From positions 1 to 57,876 of the forward strand of contig DASTBQ010000085.1 in the NCBI GenBank assembly GCA_035711995.1: 57,876 bases of DNA. The letters run 5' to 3'. Source of the stretch: Acidimicrobiia bacterium (GTDB lineage: Bacteria; Actinomycetota; Acidimicrobiia; Spongiisociales; ZC4RG35). Below are positions 54,213 through 57,876 of the stretch, piece by piece. The position numbers were made by a program, and so were the translations under genes. The notes below the pieces were generated by a model. That model was not told where the DNA came from, did not search any database, and saw only the letters and a program-made list of their open reading frames with translations. How positions within the stretch are numbered: the first letter of the stretch is position 1; each line of letters begins with the position of its first letter.

Positions 54213-55090
54213 AGGACTATCTGGCGTATCTCGGGCTGCGTGCCGGCGTCGGTCTCGTCGGCCTGCTCCCTGATTACCTCATGCGTGGTCTGGGTCGGAT
54301 CTTTGGGTCATTGTGGGGCATCGTCGACACCCGTCGCAGGTCGATGGCGCGCCGCCACATGGACCGGGTTCTTTCCAACGGAGCTGACACCGAGGCCGCC
54401 GCACGAGAGATCATGAAATCCTATGGGCGCTATTTCGCCGAGGCGTTGTGGGCAAGGGCCGATCGAGTCGAAGCCATGTTGGCTGCGACTGAAGTCGAAG
54501 GGGTCGAGAACATCATCGCAGCGCGCGACGCAGGCAACGGAGCGATCTACGCGCTGCCCCACATGGGTAACTGGGAGGCGGCCGCACCGGTCTCCGGTCG
54601 GGTCGGGATGCCCGTCGTGGCAGTTGCAGAAGTTCTTCCCAACCAACGGATAACCGACTGGTTCACCGAGATGCGCTCCGATTTCGGCATCGAGATCGTG
54701 CTCGCAACTGGTCGTATCGAGGTGATGCGAAGGCTGGAGGAGGCCATCGCCCAAAACAAGGCAGTCGCCTTGCTCAGCGATCGTGACTTGAAGGGAAGGG
54801 GTGTCGAAGTCGACTTCTTCGGTGAACGGACGACTATGCCGCCCGGACCCGCATCCCTGGCACTCCGGACCGGGGCGCCGCTCCTGCCGATCGGTTGCTA
54901 CTACTCCGATGGCGGGTACAAGGTGGTCGTCGGGCCTCCGCTCGATGTGCCAAAGGAGGGCACGAAGACCGAGAAGGTGGCAAGACTGACCCAGTCACTC
55001 GCCGCTCAACTGGAGACACTGATCACCAAGGCCCCGATGCAGTGGCATCTTGTCCAACCCAACTGGCCGTCAGACAAACTGGAGGACTGA
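54209..55090 (+). CDS. lipid A-type (HtrB/PatA-like) acyltransferase, probable PIM acyltransferase
   Basis: The GTG at 54209 forms a GTGA overlap with the pgsA stop and is in frame with the last 293 codons of the 764-aa ORF. ALPHMGNWE (HxxxxD-type region) and LSDRD are present. Confidence 0.8.
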   Translation: MKDYLAYLGLRAGVGLVGLLPDYLMRGLGRIFGSLWGIVDTRRRSMARRHMDRVLSNGADTEAAAREIMKSYGRYFAEALWARADRVEAMLAATEVEGVENIIAARDAGNGAIYALPHMGNWEAAAPVSGRVGMPVVAVAEVLPNQRITDWFTEMRSDFGIEIVLATGRIEVMRRLEEAIAQNKAVALLSDRDLKGRGVEVDFFGERTTMPPGPASLALRTGAPLLPIGCYYSDGGYKVVVGPPLDVPKEGTKTEKVARLTQSLAAQLETLITKAPMQWHLVQPNWPSDKLED

Positions 55091-56119
55091 GTGCGCATCG
55101 GGCTGGTTTGCCCGTACGACATGGGTAAGCCGGGCGGAGTGCAGAATCAGGTGAAGGGCCTGGCCGGGCAGCTCGAGCAGATGGGTGACGAAGTCGTGAT
55201 CATGGCCCCCGGGCTCTCAGAGTCGGAACCAGGTCTTGATCTCGGACGGACCATCTCGGTACCGGGGAACCGCTCGAAGGTTCCCCTCTCGATGGATCCC
55301 AGGGTTGTCGGCCTCATCAAGGACGCGGCGGCCACCGTGGACCTGTTGCACGTTCACGAACCCCTCATGCCAGTCGTGTCTCTCGGTGCCCTGCGCGCCG
55401 GGCCCCCGGTGGTGGCTACGTTCCATGCCGCACCAGGAGATCTGTGGCGCCGGCTGTACAACGTGCTCGGCTCGAGATTCCGGCGGATCCTCGGCCCCAA
55501 TGTCAGGAAGATCACGGCCGTCTCGGCAACAGCATTCGCGCCGCTGCCCGAAGGGCTGGAGGTCGAGATCATTCCAAACGGGGTCGATGTCGCCGCCTTT
55601 TCGAACGGTCACCCCAGAGAACCGTTTCGGGTGTCATTCCTGGGACGTGATGAGAAACGGAAGGGTCTCGATGTCCTTCTCGACGCATGGGACCGTGTAA
55701 TTGCTACCTATCCCCAGGCCAGCCTCGAGGTGATTGGGTCCGACCGAGGAGTCGACGGAGTCAAATGGATCATGACGATCGGTGACGAGGAAAAGGCGGA
55801 GATCCTCGCTTCCTCGGCGATCTTCGTCGCCCCGAATCTCGGAGGAGAGTCGTTCGGGATCGTGCTGGTGGAGGGTATGGCTGCCGGCGCGGCTGTGGTT
55901 TCCTCGGATCTTCCTTCCTTCCGTGATGTCGGCGGCGAAGCGGTGCGCTACTTCGAGACGGGATCGAGCGACGACCTCGCCAGCACCCTCATCGACCTCC
56001 TCGGAAGACCTGATGAGGTGGCTCGTCTCGGATCCGCCGGCAGGGCCAGAGCGCAGCTGTACGACTGGGGCAACGTGGCCGTCCGCTACAGAGAGACCTA
56101 CGAGCAGGCTCTCTCTTAG
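55091..56119 (+). CDS. pimA: GT4 glycosyltransferase, phosphatidylinositol alpha-mannosyltransferase-like
   Basis: MRIGLVCPYDMGKPGGVQNQV and the E(S)FGIVLVEGMAAG EX7E region are present. Synteny with pgsA1 and the acyltransferase supports the call. Confidence 0.85.
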   Translation: MRIGLVCPYDMGKPGGVQNQVKGLAGQLEQMGDEVVIMAPGLSESEPGLDLGRTISVPGNRSKVPLSMDPRVVGLIKDAAATVDLLHVHEPLMPVVSLGALRAGPPVVATFHAAPGDLWRRLYNVLGSRFRRILGPNVRKITAVSATAFAPLPEGLEVEIIPNGVDVAAFSNGHPREPFRVSFLGRDEKRKGLDVLLDAWDRVIATYPQASLEVIGSDRGVDGVKWIMTIGDEEKAEILASSAIFVAPNLGGESFGIVLVEGMAAGAAVVSSDLPSFRDVGGEAVRYFETGSSDDLASTLIDLLGRPDEVARLGSAGRARAQLYDWGNVAVRYRETYEQALS

Positions 56120-56172
56120 GAGTCGCACCCGACGGGCGGTACAATTGAGGTCTTCCTCAAGGAGCTTCAAAC

Positions 56173-57054
56173 GTGGAGAAAGGCACCGACCGCGTCAAGC
56201 GTGGTCTAGCAGAGATGCTGAAGGGCGGCGTCATCATGGACGTCGTCAACGCCGAGCAGGCGAAGATCGCCGAAGAGGCCGGCGCCGTCTCGGTCATGGC
56301 CCTCGAGCGGGTACCCGCCGACATTCGCAAACATGGCGGCGTTGCCCGCATGTCCGACCCCAACATGATCGAAGAGATCCAGAACGCGGTGACCATCCCG
56401 GTGATGGCCAAGTGCCGCATCGGTCACTTCGCCGAGGCCGCCGTGCTCCAGTCACTGGGCATCGACTACATCGACGAATCGGAGGTGCTGACCCCAGCTG
56501 ACGAAGAGCATCACATCGACAAGTGGGCGTTCACCACGCCTTTCGTCTGCGGTGCCCGGAACCTCGGTGAGGCTCTACGACGCATCGGAGAGGGTGCCGC
56601 CATGATTCGCACCAAAGGTGAGGCGGGCACCGGCAACGTGGTCGAAGCGGTGCGTCACATGCGCACAGTCACCAACGAGATGCGATCTGTGGCCTCGATG
56701 GGCGAAGAGCAGCTCATGTCGGCCGCCCGCGACATGGGCGCTCCCTACGAGCTTGTCAAGGAAGTGGCGGAAACGGGGAGATTGCCCGTGGTCAACTTCG
56801 CCGCAGGTGGAATCGCCACACCCGCGGATGCTGCGCTGATGATGGGGCTAGGTGTCGACGGCGTGTTCGTCGGCTCCGGCATATTCAAGAGCTCCGATCC
56901 CGAGGGTTACGCCCGGGCGATCGTGGAGGCGACCACCTTCTGGAACGAACCCGAGGTGGTGGCCAAGGTCTCCCGTGGTCTCGGTGAGGCGATGCCCGGT
57001 CTGGAGATGGAGTCGCTGTCCGAGGCGGAGCAGCTGGCACGACGGGGCTGGTGA
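56173..57054 (+). CDS. pdxS: pyridoxal 5'-phosphate synthase lyase subunit
   Basis: [34 protein letters not shown] and TKGEAGTGN are present. The GTG start has AAGGAG upstream. Confidence 0.95.
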   Translation: MEKGTDRVKRGLAEMLKGGVIMDVVNAEQAKIAEEAGAVSVMALERVPADIRKHGGVARMSDPNMIEEIQNAVTIPVMAKCRIGHFAEAAVLQSLGIDYIDESEVLTPADEEHHIDKWAFTTPFVCGARNLGEALRRIGEGAAMIRTKGEAGTGNVVEAVRHMRTVTNEMRSVASMGEEQLMSAARDMGAPYELVKEVAETGRLPVVNFAAGGIATPADAALMMGLGVDGVFVGSGIFKSSDPEGYARAIVEATTFWNEPEVVAKVSRGLGEAMPGLEMESLSEAEQLARRGW

Positions 57055-57055
57055 C

Positions 57056-57619
57056 ATGAGACGCGTCGGTGTCCTGGCGCTCCAGGGCGACGTGCGCGAG
57101 CATCTTCGCATCCTCGAGTCACTCGATGTCGAGACGCTTCCTACCAAGAAACCCGAGCACCTCGACGAGATCGACGGTTTGGTGATCCCCGGTGGGGAGT
57201 CGACCACGATCGGGAAGATGGCGGTCAGATTCGACCTTCTCGAGCCACTACGGTGCTCGATCGAACAGGGTCTGCCTGTGTACGGGACTTGTGCCGGAAT
57301 GATCTTCCTTGCGGGAGCCATCACCGAGGGCGACCAACCGCTACTCGGTGTGCTCGATGTCGTGGTGAAACGGAACGCATTCGGGCGGCAGAACGAGTCG
57401 TTCGAGGCCGACCTCGACATCACGGGTCTGGATGAGCCGTTTCACGCGGTGTTCATCAGGGCGCCCTGGATCGACAAGGTCGGTTCCGAAGTGGAGATTC
57501 TCTCTACCGTCGACGATCATCCGGTCATGGTGCGTCATGACAACGTCCTGGCTACGTCGTTTCACCCTGAGCTGACCGGGGACAGACGAATCCACCAGAT
57601 GTTTCTCGACTCGATCTGA
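57056..57619 (+). CDS. pdxT: pyridoxal 5'-phosphate synthase glutaminase subunit
   Basis: The ATG at 57056 gives MRRVGVLALQGDV. GTCAGMI (catalytic Cys) and FHPE are present. The ORF-track start at 56852 lies inside pdxS. Confidence 0.95.
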   Translation: MRRVGVLALQGDVREHLRILESLDVETLPTKKPEHLDEIDGLVIPGGESTTIGKMAVRFDLLEPLRCSIEQGLPVYGTCAGMIFLAGAITEGDQPLLGVLDVVVKRNAFGRQNESFEADLDITGLDEPFHAVFIRAPWIDKVGSEVEILSTVDDHPVMVRHDNVLATSFHPELTGDRRIHQMFLDSI

Positions 57620-57628
57620 GGGTTGGCG

Positions 57629-57876
57629 ATGGCCGGACATTCCAAATGGGCGAACATCAAGCACCGCAAGGGGCGTCAGGACGCGGCGCGGGGCAAGCTC
57701 TTCGGCAAATTGGCCAAGGCGATCGAGGTGGCGGCACGAGAGGGTGGCGGGAACGTCGAATTCAACCCGACCCTGGCCACGGCTGTCGAGAAGGCCAAGG
57801 CCGCCTCGATGCCGAACGACAACATCGACCGTGCCGTCAAACGTGGCACCGGTGAAGTCGAGGGGGCGCATTACGA
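57629..57876 (+). CDS. yebC: YebC/PmpR-family regulator, 3' end cut by window edge
   Basis: Own translation from the ATG at 57629: [42 protein letters not shown]... It is not listed in the ORF track because no stop lies within the window. Confidence 0.9.
   Translation, partial: MAGHSKWANIKHRKGRQDAARGKLFGKLAKAIEVAAREGGGNVEFNPTLATAVEKAKAASMPNDNIDRAVKRGTGEVEGAHY

Noticed and set aside
1-57876. Search by eye for CRISPR arrays, rRNA, tmRNA/RNase P-like sequences, IS elements, transposases, integrases and toxin-antitoxin pairs
   Set aside because: I found no spaced direct-repeat arrays, no terminal inverted repeats flanking a transposase-like ORF and no recombinase motifs. The only RNA gene I can fold is tRNA-Met.

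Overview
G+C-rich window with actinobacterial-type organisation. The thrS - pgsA1 - PIM acyltransferase - pimA - pdxS - pdxT - yebC order matches mycobacterial and corynebacterial genomes. I call about 50 protein genes, one tRNA-Met, a degenerate copy of that tRNA's 3' half, one coding tandem repeat and one strong hairpin. I saw no rRNA, CRISPR array, IS element or integrase. Housekeeping and metabolic content: ilvD (5' partial), quinone oxidoreductase plus FAD oxidoreductase, aat, a universal stress protein, a form-II CoxSLM-like molybdo-dehydrogenase, LtrA, GNAT, pirin, otsA-otsB-GH13, pncB/pncA, a TauE exporter, a PspC/LiaF-like envelope-stress two-component cluster, thrS, gltA, an EF-G paralogue, PIM biosynthesis genes, pdxST and yebC (3' partial). 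The most unusual part is 9.9-29.7 kb, which is dense in cyclic-nucleotide signalling. (i) One translationally coupled operon encodes a zf-UBP protein, a receiver fused to a cysteine-free thioredoxin-reductase-like protein, and a cNMP-binding histidine kinase. (ii) A four-gene module has two class III cyclases fused to STAND-like P-loop NTPase and TPR modules. They flank a cNMP-gated patatin phospholipase that is start/stop-coupled to a membrane protein with a degenerate NTPase-TPR cytoplasmic part and an extracytoplasmic PQQ-like beta-propeller. I rank this module as the best candidate for an undescribed system: a STAND-type cyclase sensor signalling to a cyclic-nucleotide-activated phospholipase. 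Housekeeping cAMP-controlled lipid remodelling is the sober alternative. Directly downstream, tRNA-Met and a 46-nt degenerate copy of its 3' part bracket a visibly A+T-richer 1.6-kb islet. The islet holds an Ltp-like (phage superinfection-exclusion family) gene fragment and looks like the scar of a decayed integrated element. A 48-codon Cys/His-rich metallothionein-like ORF, below the ORF-track cutoff, lies next to it. All family assignments come from reading motifs in the translations. No database search was run.
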